Shown here in pieces: positions 11,832-25,381 of a stretch of 64,000 nt of DNA. The first letter of the stretch is position 1. Each line of letters opens with the position of its first letter. The translations under genes were made by a program, and so were the position numbers. The notes beneath the pieces are model-generated. The model saw nothing but the letters and a program-made list of their open reading frames with translations, ran no database searches and was not told the origin of the DNA. Source of the DNA: Rhizophagus irregularis (taxonomy: Eukaryota); contig NC_089435.1 in assembly GCF_026210795.1 (NCBI RefSeq), positions 3,162,001 to 3,226,000 of the forward strand, written 5' to 3'.

Positions 11832-14800
11832 ATGAACGCATATATTTATGAAAATGAATTACTTCTTAAATTAGAAAAGGAAGGATTTATTACTCCAGAT
11901 GAAAAAGTAAAAGAACTTTTAAAAGAATTGACAGAAATAAAATATTTATTTTCTTTAAAATTACTTTTCGAAAATTTTCAAAATAATTTTTCATCACAAA
12001 TTTTAATAAATTCATTAAAAGCATTATCAGATCCTACTCAATTTGATTATTATTCAAAAGAAAGTATAATTAGATTAGAATTACATTTAAGAACCTTGGT
12101 AATAGTATTAGAAAGAATATGTTTTTCCCCAATAATTCTTAGTAAAGAACTTCGAGATAAAATTTATAATTCTTTAACAAAATTTGTTGAAATTCATCGA
12201 AAGACAACACAAGTTATTGAAATAGGAATTGATAATAATTTTAGATCAAGTTTCAATCAATTTAATCAACAAAAGGATAATAATAATAATGATAATAATA
12301 TCATTAATAAGCGTAATTATAATATTGATTTTTTATTAGTTCACTTAAGAGATACATTACATAGCCTTCGTGATGATGAAACTTGGTTTCAGGAAATTTT
12401 AAGAAGGACAAAAGATATATTAAAAGCTTTATTAAATATTAGTCCAGGAGTATTATCGATTGTGGCACCTGGAATTACCATTTCAAATGATAGTTCAATA
12501 CTTCAAATGCTTTCTCAATTACGTCAAGGTTTAACCTTCAAATATCCAGTAGCTTCTTATTATGTAGATTGGAGAATTATGTTAATAATTCAACATAATG
12601 TTATTAATTGGTCAGAAAGTGATAAAAATATAATTAGTAAAAAATTCGGAGAAATGATTATAATGGAACATTTATGGAGTTATTTGGAAAGAGAATGGAT
12701 TAATATTTTTGATAAAACCATGTTAGATTCTCAAACAAAATTTGATGAAGTATCAAATAAACTCAATAAAGCATTAATAAATACAGGAAATTTTTTAAAT
12801 GATCTTATTAATGGAAGTGAACCTCTTGCATTACCAGATACATTATGGTTTGGAATTTTAGATCTTGCACAAAATCTTATTCAAAGGTCCACTCATACGG
12901 CTACATATGGTCTTTGTTATTATTTAGCAATTGAATCACTTAATATGGCACCAAGTAGTTTCATTCAATTTAAGGCAATTGAAATATTATTATACTTGAA
13001 TAATATTAATAATGAATTATTTTCGATGATAGAAATTGATTTTAATCAATATGCAGCAAAATTGGATAAAAATGATTCATTAATAAAATTTCAAAATTTA
13101 TTAATATTTGTTAAAGAAAAATGTCAACAAGATTTTAATTTATTAAATGGTGATATATTATTAGGAAAAGGAAAAGGAAAAAGTTTGGAACAAAATACAA
13201 TATTTAAAAAAGAAGAAATATTACCTTCAACAATTTTAGATATTATAGCAAATGAAATAACATGTCCAATTAGTAATGAACCAACAAATCAATTATGTAT
13301 ATTAAAATGTCAACATGTATTATCATTAAATAATTTAAAAAAATTAAAACAAAAGAAATGTCCAAAATGTAGAGAAAAAGTTGAAGATAATGATATTAGA
13401 TATTTACCACAAAATGCTATATATAAAAATTTATATTCTTATCTTTATGATGCTGGATATATTTTACCTTCAATTGAATTTGAAGATTCATCAAATAATC
13501 TATATGAGAATGATTCTAATAATTCAGAAGTTGATCTTATGTTAACTAAAAATAAGAAATTGATTAAAGAAATAAAACTTAATTCAAATAGATTTACATT
13601 AATACAATCAATATTTCAAATTACAAAATCAAAAAATTTAACTTATCAGGAAGTTATAAAAGTATTAGAAGAAAAAAAATATGGAAAAGCTGTATTAATA
13701 TGTAAAAAATATTTAGGAAATTTTCCTAGAAGTTATACTATGAGATGTATTTTAGCTTATGCTTATAGAAATCTTAACAGTTATAAATTAGCTTTTTTAT
13801 ACTTAAATGAAGCTATTAAATTAAAAAGAAAAAATCCAATTGCATATTGTATTCGTGGAGAAATTTTTTTCAAACAAAGTATATATGAATATGCAATATT
13901 TGATTTAAATATCTCAATATCATATAAGCTTAAAGTAAATAATGTATATATATTATTAGGTAATAGCAATTTACTTGAAGGAGAAAAGTCTCAAGAAAAA
14001 AATGATTATACAATATCATGTTATAATCATGCATTGAAAAATTATAATATTGCATTACAAAATAATCCAAATAATTATATATGTCTTAAGAATTGTGCAT
14101 ATATTTATGAATGTCAAGAAAAGTATTTAAATACTTTAGAAATGTTGGATAAATTATTAGGTATTAATCAGGATGATTCATTATTTTTATGTTATTATGG
14201 AGAAATTCTTAATGATTTAAAAAGATATAATGAATCATTAATAATTTTTACAAAAGCATCTAATTTAGATCCTGAAAATATTCATATTTTAATTAAACAA
14301 GCTATTACTTATTATATTATTCAAAAATATGATTTAGCTTTATTGAATCTTGAAAAAGTTATACGGATGGATCCTTTAAATAGTATAGCATATTATTACA
14401 AAGGGTTAACATATTATATGATGGAAAAATATAGTAATGCCATGATTACTTTGGAAAAATTCATGGAATTGGATTTTAATGATGATTTGGCAAATATGTT
14501 ATTTTATTATTTAAAAGATTTATTGGATGATAACAATTTTGAAAATTGGAATAATGAAATTCTTTTAAAAATCAACCAATTTTCATATATTAATAGTAAT
14601 AATTTATTACTTCTTATAAGATGTAAAGCATATATTAAATTGAAAAATTATTATGAAGCAAATAGGGATTTAAATAGATTATTTGAATTAAATAATAATA
14701 TATCATTTATTTATTTATTACAAGAATATTCCGATTTTTGGTCATATTTATGTAATTATCATGGAATAAATAACGAGGAATCTGCAAAATTTGGAATTAT

Positions 14801-15735
14801 TGATGAATTTAATAATTATTTATATAATGGTGAGACCGCAAGAAATGATTATTTTGAAAAAATGAAATTAATTAATTAAATATTTTAATTTATTGAATTA
14901 TAGAAAAGAAAGTTTACTTGATTTCAAATCTTTTAAATTCTAATAAGAAATTTTCCAAGTTTCTAGAAAACGATTCAGATAGCGGGTAAGATTTTTGTAT
15001 AGTAATACTTACAATAACTTTAACTAATATAATTAATATAAATTTTAAGAAACCAAAGTTCGTCAGAAAAGGCAATTACTTTTAAAGGTGAAATGCCTTC
15101 TATCGGTTTTCCCAAACTTTTCAATAACAAAAAATTATCTTCGCATTTCATAACTTGGAAAATAAATATCAAGAAGATATTATCTGAAGAATGCTTTGTG
15201 AAATTCACCATTATAGAGGGAAACGATAACGATGTAAGCGTAACTACTCTTAATTCCGACTTTTTTTATAAATGTTTTATTTAACATATGAATTTAATAT
15301 AGAACTCGAATACGTTATCGCGTGAACATGTATTAAAATATGATGATATTTTAAAACTTGAAGGAATAGGTTGGATTGAATATACACTTCCATTTTCAAT
15401 ATTAACAGATAACAATATGGAATGGATACAACCTTCAATTGATATGAAAAATCATTCGATCATTATGGTATGCTTTTTTTTTAATGAAAATCAGAATATT
15501 ACGATTATCGCCGATTCGCCATTATTAATTAATAATTTAATATTCTTAATTAAAGCAAATAGATTATGTTCAATTCGTAACATCTGAAAGACAAACGATT
15601 TATGCTACTAAAATGGGACATTTCTTACCAATACATAAATTATATCCAAATATTCCAGAAGCTTTTAAGGATAAGTATTTTTCAAAGAAAGAAATGGAGA
15701 ATTTGATTAATTTGAAAGACATAATTAATAATTAG
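11832..15735 (+). CDS. ~1,200-aa protein: uncharacterised helical N-terminal domain + RING/U-box-like finger + TPR array (putative E3 ligase)
   Basis: Exons 11832-14829, 14904-14985, 15050-15233, 15303-15467, 15556-15735 join in frame with GT-AG introns. ITCPIS...LKCQH...KKCPKCR; many TPR units (AYCIRGEIFF, AYYYKGLTYY). Confidence 0.85.
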
Positions 15736-15856
15736 CAGAAATATATTAAGGATTATTAATTTGTTATATATTATTTAATTTATAAAATACCGCATAATCA
15801 ATTTATTAAACTTAAATAAAATATATCGATATTCTTTATGACCATTTATAAATAAA

Positions 15857-16042
15857 TACCGTATTTTGCGTCACAGAATCCCCCCATGTCACAGTACCCT
15901 GCAAAAAACAAGTAGGAAATCTCATTACATCCCAGGTGCTACATGTATAAGACCTCAATTGTCCTCCATTACTAATAAAAACTGAGGGTCAACCCCGAAA
16001 TTTGTATCATACCCGGGGTACCATTGTCCCCCTTATACAGTA
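15857..16042. mobile_element. Possible Tc1/mariner-pogo type MITE remnant
   Basis: GC-richer island bounded by TACCGTA and TACAGTA (TA target plus short TIR); the TIR match beyond that is weak. Confidence 0.3.
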
Positions 16043-16391
16043 CTTAACAATTGCTAATCGAATTGCTCGATTCGTCAAATAATAATTAAATCATGTCTAA
16101 CCTAACTCAACCTAAAATCACAAAATAATAATAACGTGATTTTTTTACACTCCATCACCGGCGTCACCCCGTGTTAAATAACCACGGCGCTTCAGCTTAT
16201 TAATTTACCCGATAAAGTAATATACATCATTTTTTGGAATATGACATTATGTCATATTACTGGAAAAACTATTTAATTTATAATCTAATAAATTCATGAA
16301 TTAAAAAAAATCGTTCATGTTTCTTTCTCGTTAATAAATTCACAAAAAATTATTATTCAACTTTTATTTTTTTACTTTAACCTATTAAAAT

Positions 16392-17219
16392 ATGTCGTCG
16401 TCATACAAAATGAAAAGAGGAAGTAGTTATAGAGGAAAAGGTAGAGCAAACCGAACAGAATCTTATCGACCTTGGAACGCCGCCGCGCTTGGTAAACCTA
16501 TCTCAGAACCAACATATGACCCTGGATCTTATACTTCTTTTGATGCAACATATGATCCTGGATCTTATACTTCTTTTGATGCAATGGATATTGATGAATA
16601 TCAAATATTTGAAATTGATCATACCCAATTTCGTCCTTGGAACGCTGCTTCCTTAAATAAAATCGATATTATTAAAAATGGATCTTCAGTAAGTATTTAC
16701 ATGTCGAATATCAATTCTTTTTGTATTTATTGATATTTCAATTATTATTATATTTTTTTTTTTTAGGAAATTACTTCTGTACCTAATCAACTGGTAAAGT
16801 TACAGTATTTTATTATAATAAGCCTCTCTTATTTTTCATCGAGAGATTGATTTTATAATTTATATTTATTTTATCATAGTCTATTCTCTCTCCGGAACAA
16901 TCAAATCAAAATAATTTTTGGTATCAACCTACTTTTCAACATCAAAACAATTCATCATATAGTGCAATTGAAGATTTAAAACAAATTAATTGGGATGATT
17001 TTACCAAACAAATGATGTTAGAAGAATCCAGGATTACAAAAATTCAAAATTTAAATCAAAACGTAAATAATGATCGTGATCGAACTTTTGAAAATTTTTT
17101 TAAATTTTAAAAAGTTTAACATAAAAAAATTTTTGATTTTTTTTTTTTTGCAATTTCTTTTTTTTTTCTAGTCTTCTACTTTTGATAAAACGATATTAGA
17201 TGAATTTGATCCATTGTAA
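16392..17219 (+). CDS. Small orphan protein (~184 aa) with internal repeats
   Basis: Exons 16392-16688, 16767-16793, 16880-17062, 17172-17219 join in frame, ending ILDEFDPL*; TYDPGSYTSFDA twice and RPWNAA twice. Confidence 0.6.
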
Positions 17220-17470
17220 TTTTCAGGAAAAGTGATCGCTATTAACATCTATCGAAGATCTTAATCGCTTTTTTTTTTATATGTAATAATTCGTTAATTT
17301 TATTCCTAATAAAATAATATATTCATTATACTGTATTATACGAGCGAACGTGTTATAATCTGTCGATCAAAATAGATCATTGCGTAATTGTGTTACATTG
17401 TTCAAATAATATCATTATACCGCTTTTTTTCTTTTTTTTTAATTTGATAATCTTTTTTCTCTTATTAAAA

Positions 17471-20400
17471 ATGTCGCAAACGAAAGATAATGTTCGAATG
17501 AGAGATAGGGCTGAAACTGAAGAGGAACTTTTAAAACTTCAAGAAGAATTTTTGGCGAATAAACCGAAAGCTGCTGCGACTGTGATTAGAAAAAGTAAAC
17601 CACCTACTGTTATATCCTCTTCGTCTCAATTTGAGAACAATAATGTTAATGTCGTTGAAAAAGATATAGTCACTTTGGATGATAATGTAAAAACATCATC
17701 AAATTCAATAAAAGGAAAAACTAAAAGTAAGAAAAAGAAATCATTATTATCTTCTAACCGAAAAAAATCACTTGAAAGTGATGGTGGCGCACAAAGATTT
17801 GAAATTGATTTAGATCAAGAGATTGAAAATACCACAGAACAAGAAGAACATGTACCCGCAGTAAAAAAAGTATTAGATATGCATTCTTATCAAACGGGAG
17901 CTGTTGGAATGGTTACTGAAAAATTTGCAACTGAACCCGTATTACCGCCTAATATTACTAATAATAATGATACATCATCAGATGGGGGATTTCCCAAACC
18001 TGTTCATCGAAGTTTATTTAAACGAAGAAGACAGGCTTTAGATGAAGAATCAAAATCAAACATAGATAATTTGCAAAATCAACAAATCAATAATGAAAAT
18101 ACAACAAAAGATATTAAAAATTTACCTACAACAACAGCTGTTTCATCAACATCATTAAATACTTTAAATAAAGATACTAAAATATTTAATTCAGATTATT
18201 TGGAAATTGATCGTGAAAATGTTGAGAAAATTTCAAACATGTCTGAAGAAGAAATATTAAAAACTGTTGAAATGCTACGTCAAACTTTAAGTCCTAAATT
18301 AGTAGAAAAACTTTCAAAAAATAAGCCTTTGGTCGAAAGGATACCCGAGGAATCAAATGAAGGATTTAATGGTACAGAGGAAAAAGAAATTAAGCACGTA
18401 CATTTTGAAGAGAATAAGATGAACTATGAAGAAGAAGATGATGATTCATTACCGCTTAAAATGAAGGAAAAATATTTTCCAAACGTACCAATCGAACCTG
18501 AAAAAATTGAATGGATGGGCGTTGAGTTCAAAAAAGATGAATCAACAACGACTAAAGATCAAGGTATGGTTAAAGATTATTCTAGCCCATATATCCCTAA
18601 ATCATCAGATCCACCTGCCGCATTTTATAGATTTGATTTTCATGGGAATATTATGGAGAAGGATGCAGACGTTCCTACTTATATGGGTCTTCATCATCAT
18701 GGGGATAATCCTGATCAAGCTGGGTATACATCGAGTGAACTGCTTCATTTGTCAAGAAGCAGAGTTTCAAGTCAAAGAATTATACCTTTAAATGTTATTG
18801 GTAGAATTATGAGAAAGGTTAGGAAAGGACATTATGGAATTGAGAAATGTAAGGGAATTACCGAATGGATGATTAAAATGAAGTTGCCTATATATTTGAG
18901 AACAGCATTAGATGATACAGCAGAATCAGTAATTGTAGCTGCTGTTGATGCGATATCTGCCTTGATTATCGGCGGGACAGAAGGTTTAGATGTTGAGGAA
19001 GAAATTTGGGATCGTTCTGGTAGATTATATCGTGGATACGAAAGCGTTGCTCTTCAGGATGTTCCTGAAACCAAAGTCAAGAAACATTTTGGAATGGATA
19101 TTGCTTTACAAGATGAAAACGAAGAAGACGTGAATACAACCGAGTATCATGTTAGACTCGCATCAAAAGACTTAATTGCAGGCTTAATTTCGATGGATAT
19201 TCTATATCGATTTCGTTATCTTTTGGAAAAATTGAGATTACCATATATTACAAACGAACAAATCATTTTAATGCTTATTCGTTTCGCACGCCATTCTCAT
19301 AAAAGTGCAATGTTTATATTTGAATGTCCTCAGCTTGTTGATGTCATACATAAAAAATTTTTGTGTGTAGCTTGGCCTGTCATATATAATAATGGTGATG
19401 ATGCACTCTCACAATTTCCAAGTTTGTCAGCCGTGAAACTTTTCCGTTTACTATGCCAATCATCTGGAAAAATTAGTCAAAGTATTATCCAAAATTATAT
19501 CGAGACGTTTTTAAGATATATTGTAGTAAATCCTTCAACCATATCGAATGAATTTGAGATGAATCTTGGTTACAAAATTTTACAAGAAACTTTGAGAATT
19601 TATCAAACTCTTGCGGCACATGGACTTTATCATGGAATTCTTTCTCAAGCATATTCGGTTTTCGGTGGATATTTATCGAAGGAAATAATATATTCTCTTT
19701 CTCCTCCATGGCAATGGAAAGGTGACAATATTCCACAAATGAAGCATAAACTAGATATTGCTATATCATTCTTCAGACTTTTGGAGATTTGGATTCGGAC
19801 CTCTAAAAAAGATACTGGTACAGATGTTGAATCTGGGGCTCAACCAAGTGAATTTATTAATGACTCGGTAGAATTAATGGATAAGTTCGTTAGTTCATTT
19901 CCATTTGAAATTGATAATAAGATTGAAAATTCTAGAGAATTTGAAAAAGCTCTAATTTTGATTTCAAGTATAGCAAGATATATTGCGTCTTGGTATCAAT
20001 ATTTAGGTGATTATCCATTAAAAGATACCAGTCAGATTAAGAAAATATGGGAAAGATTAAAGTTTGATTCGTGGCAATCCTCAAAAATTGGTATATATCT
20101 ATCAAATCGTTTGCCAGCCTGTTTGAACGCTTATTATGTTTCTAAGAAAGACATTTGGCAATTATCCAATTTACCTGGTGCTTATTACCCCATTACATTC
20201 GAGCATATTTCAAAATCTATAACAATGTCGGTGTTATATGATTTGTACTTGTCTTACATATCCTTGATTCATCAAATAAGTAATTTATTTTCAGGCGACA
20301 AGGAATTTTCTATTAATTCATTAAGCGTTATTACAACATTTGTTCCTATAGATCTCATAAAACATCACATTATTAAGTTCCCACCTAAAAGAAACTGGCT

Positions 20401-21820
20401 TGATTTTTTTGATAGAACACGCACTTATTTATTATATGAATGGATGTGTGCTATTAGTTCGCTTATTGATAAAATAGGTGATGATAAGTTTCAATCACAA
20501 TTTTCAAAGAAACTATTGCAGGTAGCATTGATTATAATGTCACATTTGTTGCCTGGGGACGAAAATATCAGTTTAAATATACTTAATAGAATATTTGATG
20601 GAATAACGGCTTTGTCACCAGATCCTAAAAGAGCCGAAGGAATCAAGAAATCGCTTAGGTCTTTTTATAAGAATCGTATTATTACAAGCAATACTAAAGA
20701 AGAAATATATTCTTTTTCGGGACAACAAGAAGAGGATCCCACCTTATTATGGAATTTGACAAGAAATAATAGTCATGGCGGATTACCTTTATCAAGAGCA
20801 TGGGTATGGACTCCGATTGACGTATTATATAGTAAGAGATCAGATGTTATAATGGATGAAGAGGTTAGATTTGAAGTTGTAAGAGATTGTTTAGAATTTG
20901 GATGGGAAATTATGGAAACATGTCAAGACGTTGCAAGGTCAAGTGACGTTATTGATCGTAATGTTGAAAGATTGGTTATGAATCCCGCAATTGTTGTACT
21001 ATCAATTATGAAGATTTTCTTGTTAGAAGGGGAATTATATAGGAATTCTAATATTGAAGTGTGGATTGATAGAATTCTTTCACGATATACATTTGGGTAT
21101 GGGTCAGAAAAAGAACGAGACGCGATTGTAGATTTACCAGAAGATTCTTATTCGCTCGAAGATGCAGCTAAAGATGTTTTGACAGTACCGTTTTATACGT
21201 TTTTTACGGATTTTTCTGCTATATACGCAGCTGAATCATTTGGACACAAATCTTTTGCACAATGTATAATTGTTCCTTTATCAACAATTTATCCTTTCGA
21301 TTTTAAATTGTTAGTATGGGGTGATTTATTTGAGGTTTTAGGTACGATTAATATTAAATATGAAGAAGTAATATGTTTAAATCCTTCATTTAATGAAGGA
21401 TTAAATAGTTATTTTTGGCCTTTGGAAAATAATAAAGCGTTGATACAATCGTATGTAAATTCTATTATACATCTTAAATTGACAAGTGAAAAAACTCCAT
21501 TCTTATATTGGATTGTCATACATCACTTGAATGGATTCGTATTTTGGAATATTCAAGAAGGAGAAAATCAAGATGAAATTAAGAAAGATCATGGTAAAGT
21601 TCAAATGAGGATTGATATTGCAAAAGCGATTGTTAAAGGAGCAAAATCTGATATAGTAAAAGATTGGATAAGGTATACCGAAAAGAATTTTGGTGATGAT
21701 GTAAAGGAATTGATGAAAATGCCACAATGTTTTAAAGACTTAGATGATTTAAAATTAAAGAGTAGGTTAGAATGGTTGAATAACGTTAATATTAATATTG
21801 ATGAAAATTTAATTTATTAA
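17471..21820 (+). CDS. RBA50: RNA polymerase II-associated protein RPAP1/Rba50
   Basis: Intronless ORF from ATG 17471. RPAP1_N motif IDRENVEKISNMSEEEI; RPAP1_C motif YRFDFHG...GLHHHGDNPDQAGYTSSELLHLSRS. Confidence 0.92.
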   Translation: MSQTKDNVRMRDRAETEEELLKLQEEFLANKPKAAATVIRKSKPPTVISSSSQFENNNVNVVEKDIVTLDDNVKTSSNSIKGKTKSKKKKSLLSSNRKKSLESDGGAQRFEIDLDQEIENTTEQEEHVPAVKKVLDMHSYQTGAVGMVTEKFATEPVLPPNITNNNDTSSDGGFPKPVHRSLFKRRRQALDEESKSNIDNLQNQQINNENTTKDIKNLPTTTAVSSTSLNTLNKDTKIFNSDYLEIDRENVEKISNMSEEEILKTVEMLRQTLSPKLVEKLSKNKPLVERIPEESNEGFNGTEEKEIKHVHFEENKMNYEEEDDDSLPLKMKEKYFPNVPIEPEKIEWMGVEFKKDESTTTKDQGMVKDYSSPYIPKSSDPPAAFYRFDFHGNIMEKDADVPTYMGLHHHGDNPDQAGYTSSELLHLSRSRVSSQRIIPLNVIGRIMRKVRKGHYGIEKCKGITEWMIKMKLPIYLRTALDDTAESVIVAAVDAISALIIGGTEGLDVEEEIWDRSGRLYRGYESVALQDVPETKVKKHFGMDIALQDENEEDVNTTEYHVRLASKDLIAGLISMDILYRFRYLLEKLRLPYITNEQIILMLIRFARHSHKSAMFIFECPQLVDVIHKKFLCVAWPVIYNNGDDALSQFPSLSAVKLFRLLCQSSGKISQSIIQNYIETFLRYIVVNPSTISNEFEMNLGYKILQETLRIYQTLAAHGLYHGILSQAYSVFGGYLSKEIIYSLSPPWQWKGDNIPQMKHKLDIAISFFRLLEIWIRTSKKDTGTDVESGAQPSEFINDSVELMDKFVSSFPFEIDNKIENSREFEKALILISSIARYIASWYQYLGDYPLKDTSQIKKIWERLKFDSWQSSKIGIYLSNRLPACLNAYYVSKKDIWQLSNLPGAYYPITFEHISKSITMSVLYDLYLSYISLIHQISNLFSGDKEFSINSLSVITTFVPIDLIKHHIIKFPPKRNWLDFFDRTRTYLLYEWMCAISSLIDKIGDDKFQSQFSKKLLQVALIIMSHLLPGDENISLNILNRIFDGITALSPDPKRAEGIKKSLRSFYKNRIITSNTKEEIYSFSGQQEEDPTLLWNLTRNNSHGGLPLSRAWVWTPIDVLYSKRSDVIMDEEVRFEVVRDCLEFGWEIMETCQDVARSSDVIDRNVERLVMNPAIVVLSIMKIFLLEGELYRNSNIEVWIDRILSRYTFGYGSEKERDAIVDLPEDSYSLEDAAKDVLTVPFYTFFTDFSAIYAAESFGHKSFAQCIIVPLSTIYPFDFKLLVWGDLFEVLGTINIKYEEVICLNPSFNEGLNSYFWPLENNKALIQSYVNSIIHLKLTSEKTPFLYWIVIHHLNGFVFWNIQEGENQDEIKKDHGKVQMRIDIAKAIVKGAKSDIVKDWIRYTEKNFGDDVKELMKMPQCFKDLDDLKLKSRLEWLNNVNINIDENLIY

Positions 21821-22367
21821 TCGTTAACGATACTTACAAAAAAAAAATTAGAATAATGCTGTAATATTATTTTCTTGATCATGTAAAGAATTTATTATTT
21901 AATCTAGATGAAAGGATTTTAATAAAGAAAAGAAAGAATTTATTTGCAATCTTTTTTTTTTTTTTTTTTTGAAAAGATATTTTTCAGTTTTATTGAAGAA
22001 AAAAAAACAAATCTAGAAACAATTGTATATAAAATGTAATATATAAACAAGCAAGAAAAAATGAAAATAAATAAATAAATTAAAGAAAAAATGCGTGAGG
22101 AAGAATTATTAAAAAAAATAAAATGTACACAAATGAAACATCTATAAACGAAAATATGTATGATGAGGAAATAATAGGAGGAATTAGATGGTGATATTTG
22201 TTTTGATCAAGTGTGTAATTTTTTAATTTTTTTTAAAAGAGGATGATGAGCGGAATTTATGATGGATTCTTTTTTTTATTTTAAAGGGTAATTGATCAAA
22301 TGATCAAATTTTTTAACAATATACATTATTTCTCAAAAACAACATATTTCAAGACTTTTTGAGACGA

Positions 22368-25180
22368 TTATCCGAACAATAGTCTGGAGATCAAATACAA
22401 GACACTACCGAATGCCCTAAATGCTGATAAAGCAGCGACGGACCAGAAAACTAACAAAAAAAAAATATGTATATAATTAATTAATAAATAATAATAATAA
22501 TAAAAATAAAAAAATCATAATTATTCATGTAAACATATATACTTACCAAATGTCAAATAAGGATTATACGAAGAATCAATAGAATTTCTCTTAATATATT
22601 CATTCCAAGTATTAGAAGTAAAGAAAACAATTAAAACGGCATTTGAAAACATCCAAGATAACACAAGATTGGTTCTGAATAATTTATAATAATCATCTTT
22701 TTTGGTAGCAGCATCTCTATGTTCTTTAACTTCATATTGTTTAACTTTTAATTCACCAACCAAATTATCATAAATAGCGTTGATGTCTTGTCTTTCAGTT
22801 GGAACTTGAACTTGCATTAATTTTTTACCATCTTTACCATCAACAGGTTGAGCTCCATTACCACCACCAGAATTACCATTGTCACCTTTTGTACCCCAAG
22901 AAACATCATGAGTATTACAAAATGCGTAAACCATTAAAATATTAACATAAAATGGTACTAATAAAATATATTGTACTAAACATGTGATCATGTGCCATGG
23001 TTCCCCATGAATCAAACTAGTAAATATATAAAGACCATAAGTTGAAGCTAATGAAATCACTATATCCCTAAATTGTGCCGTATCAAGCGCTTTTTTTATA
23101 TTGGCGAATGAATTAAATTTAATATTTTTCGCTTGTTGTAATGATAAATATACGGTATATCCTGCACAATATAACATTGTAGCCATAATAATAGCGAATA
23201 AAATAATACATCCTGTATACATCCATTTTGAACCTTGAGGACGATTTCCCATTGAACTAATAAAAATTGTGACAATAACCATAATATAAAGTGATCTAGC
23301 TACATCAAATAAGTTACTACCATAACCTTTAAATGGATCAGTAGCCGGATTTGCTGTTGTAGCAGAAGTCAAGAAAAAGAAAGCCAAATAAAAGTTTCCT
23401 AAAGCAAACCAATTGAATAATAATTGAATAGCATTATAAATGAATTCAATTGCAAGTAATATTTGACGATAAAATGGTTGTCCTGAACTAAAAATACGTG
23501 TAAAATGAGCGATTGAATAAAATGCTGCGAAGAAAGATCCATTTAACCATCTACGACGTTGAGAGATAAATTCAGGTACGTTATCAGGTACATCAGTTTC
23601 AGCTTTTGCGGATTTTACATATTTTAATTTCCATGCTTCATGTTTTTTGGTTACTAATTCAAAACATAAAATACGATCTTCTGCTAAATACATATTTGCT
23701 TCAAATATACCAGCATCTCCACTACCATGCAATTTTTCTCCCTTAAAATATGATGCTAAAGGTCCTTTATCAGGAGATGAATTTTGTAATGCTTTATAAC
23801 GATAAGCTGAGAAAGCTCCAGGTAATACTGAAATATAACCAAATACTGATTCTAACGGTTTATCCAAAATATTTGACATCTTATATTCGAAATTTTGTGA
23901 TGCTACCATTGGATTAAGTAAATTTTTCCAACCTTTTCCAAGTTCTGCTTTAATTTCACCACAAGCACCTCCAATATTAGGTTCTCTATCAAAAGCTTTC
24001 CATAAATGATAAATTGATGTATTTGATGGTTTTGTACCAACATCCAATAAAACACATACATTTGGATTTAATTGTGCAGCAAAAGCGTTAAAGAACCATC
24101 TATGACTATTTAATTTTTTGGCATTTTTCTCTTTTAAACAAAATAATATTTGAACAGGTGGAATTGATCTATCGGAACCTCTTATATCAAAACTTGAATC
24201 TACCATCAATTGTGATGTATATTCAAATAAATGACCCGTAACAGGTTTACCTGCTACATCATCTTGCATGATTCCATCTTGATAAACACCCATTGCTCCA
24301 AGTACTTTAAGAACTCTTTTATTAACTTTATTACGTCCATCAGCTACTACAACAACTACAACTTTTTTCCAACCTTCTTCACCCCAAGTTTTTGATCGAC
24401 CTCGAGTACATAAATGAGCAACATTTTTGATGGCTGATGACATTGTCTTAATGAATAATTTATCATCTTCATTGTACATTGTCATTACGATCATTAATTC
24501 AGTAGTTCTGTTATAAAGATAAGGTCTTAAAAAATATCCATTTTGAACAAAAGCGTCTGGATCACACGTTACTGCTGTATATCTCATATGTGTATATTCT
24601 TCTCCTGATGTATATTTAACGTTCTTAAGAACTTTATCTGGTACTGGACAATCCAATATCAAATTTCCGTTTGTTAATTCTACATGACGAACGGACTAAT
24701 ATACCGAAGATAAGGAAGAAAGAAAAAATAAATTAATAAAAATAAATATAAACACGTGATGAATTAATACTTTGGGCACGAACTTACTCTTCTTTTATTG
24801 GCTTTTTCATTAAAATCCAAAGCTTCATGATCATTCCATTGACCATATTGAGCATTATTATAACTTTCTTGACCAACTAAAGGAGCTTTATCATAATAAT
24901 AATCATTAGATTCAGGAGGCGCCTCATAATAATCATTATATTGATTAGCGGGTGGATAAGGAGGAGCATTATAAGAAGTAGGGGAAACTTGACGTTGAAG
25001 TGGCATAGTTTGTTGTCTTTGAGGAGGAGAATTGAAATCTACACCACGAGTATTATTATTGTAGGCATTTTTCGGATGTGAAGGAAGTCCTCTTGGTACA
25101 TTATCAAACGTTCGTTGACGTTGAGGGGGAGCATAATTATTATTATTATTATTCGGATAATAATCTGGATAACCTGACAT
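22368..25180 (-). CDS. CHS: Chitin synthase, division 1 (class I/II/III type), ~874 aa
   Basis: Exons 25180-24788, 24695-22547, 22450-22368. TMYNED, QNFEY, LPGAFSAYR, LAEDRIL, QRRRW and VSWGTKG motifs, plus C-terminal TM helices. Confidence 0.97.
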
Positions 25181-25323
25181 ATTGTATTATATTATTAATA
25201 CTAAAAAGAAGATTATATTAACACTAGAATTATAATTAATAAATTTGTTTTTTATCTACAAACTATAAAAAATTGGTCAAGGAAAAACTGGAAAAACTGC
25301 CAGAGAGATTCCAAAAAAAAAAA

Positions 25324-25381
<58 letters not shown>

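Noticed and set aside
17390..17470. N-terminal hydrophobic extension of RPAP1 (apparent signal peptide)
   Set aside because: Comes from a GTG start and a T-rich leader; the first ATG is at 17471. The same applies to the upstream extensions at 11790 and 41627 (non-ATG starts); the extension to the ATG at 36379 is less certain.
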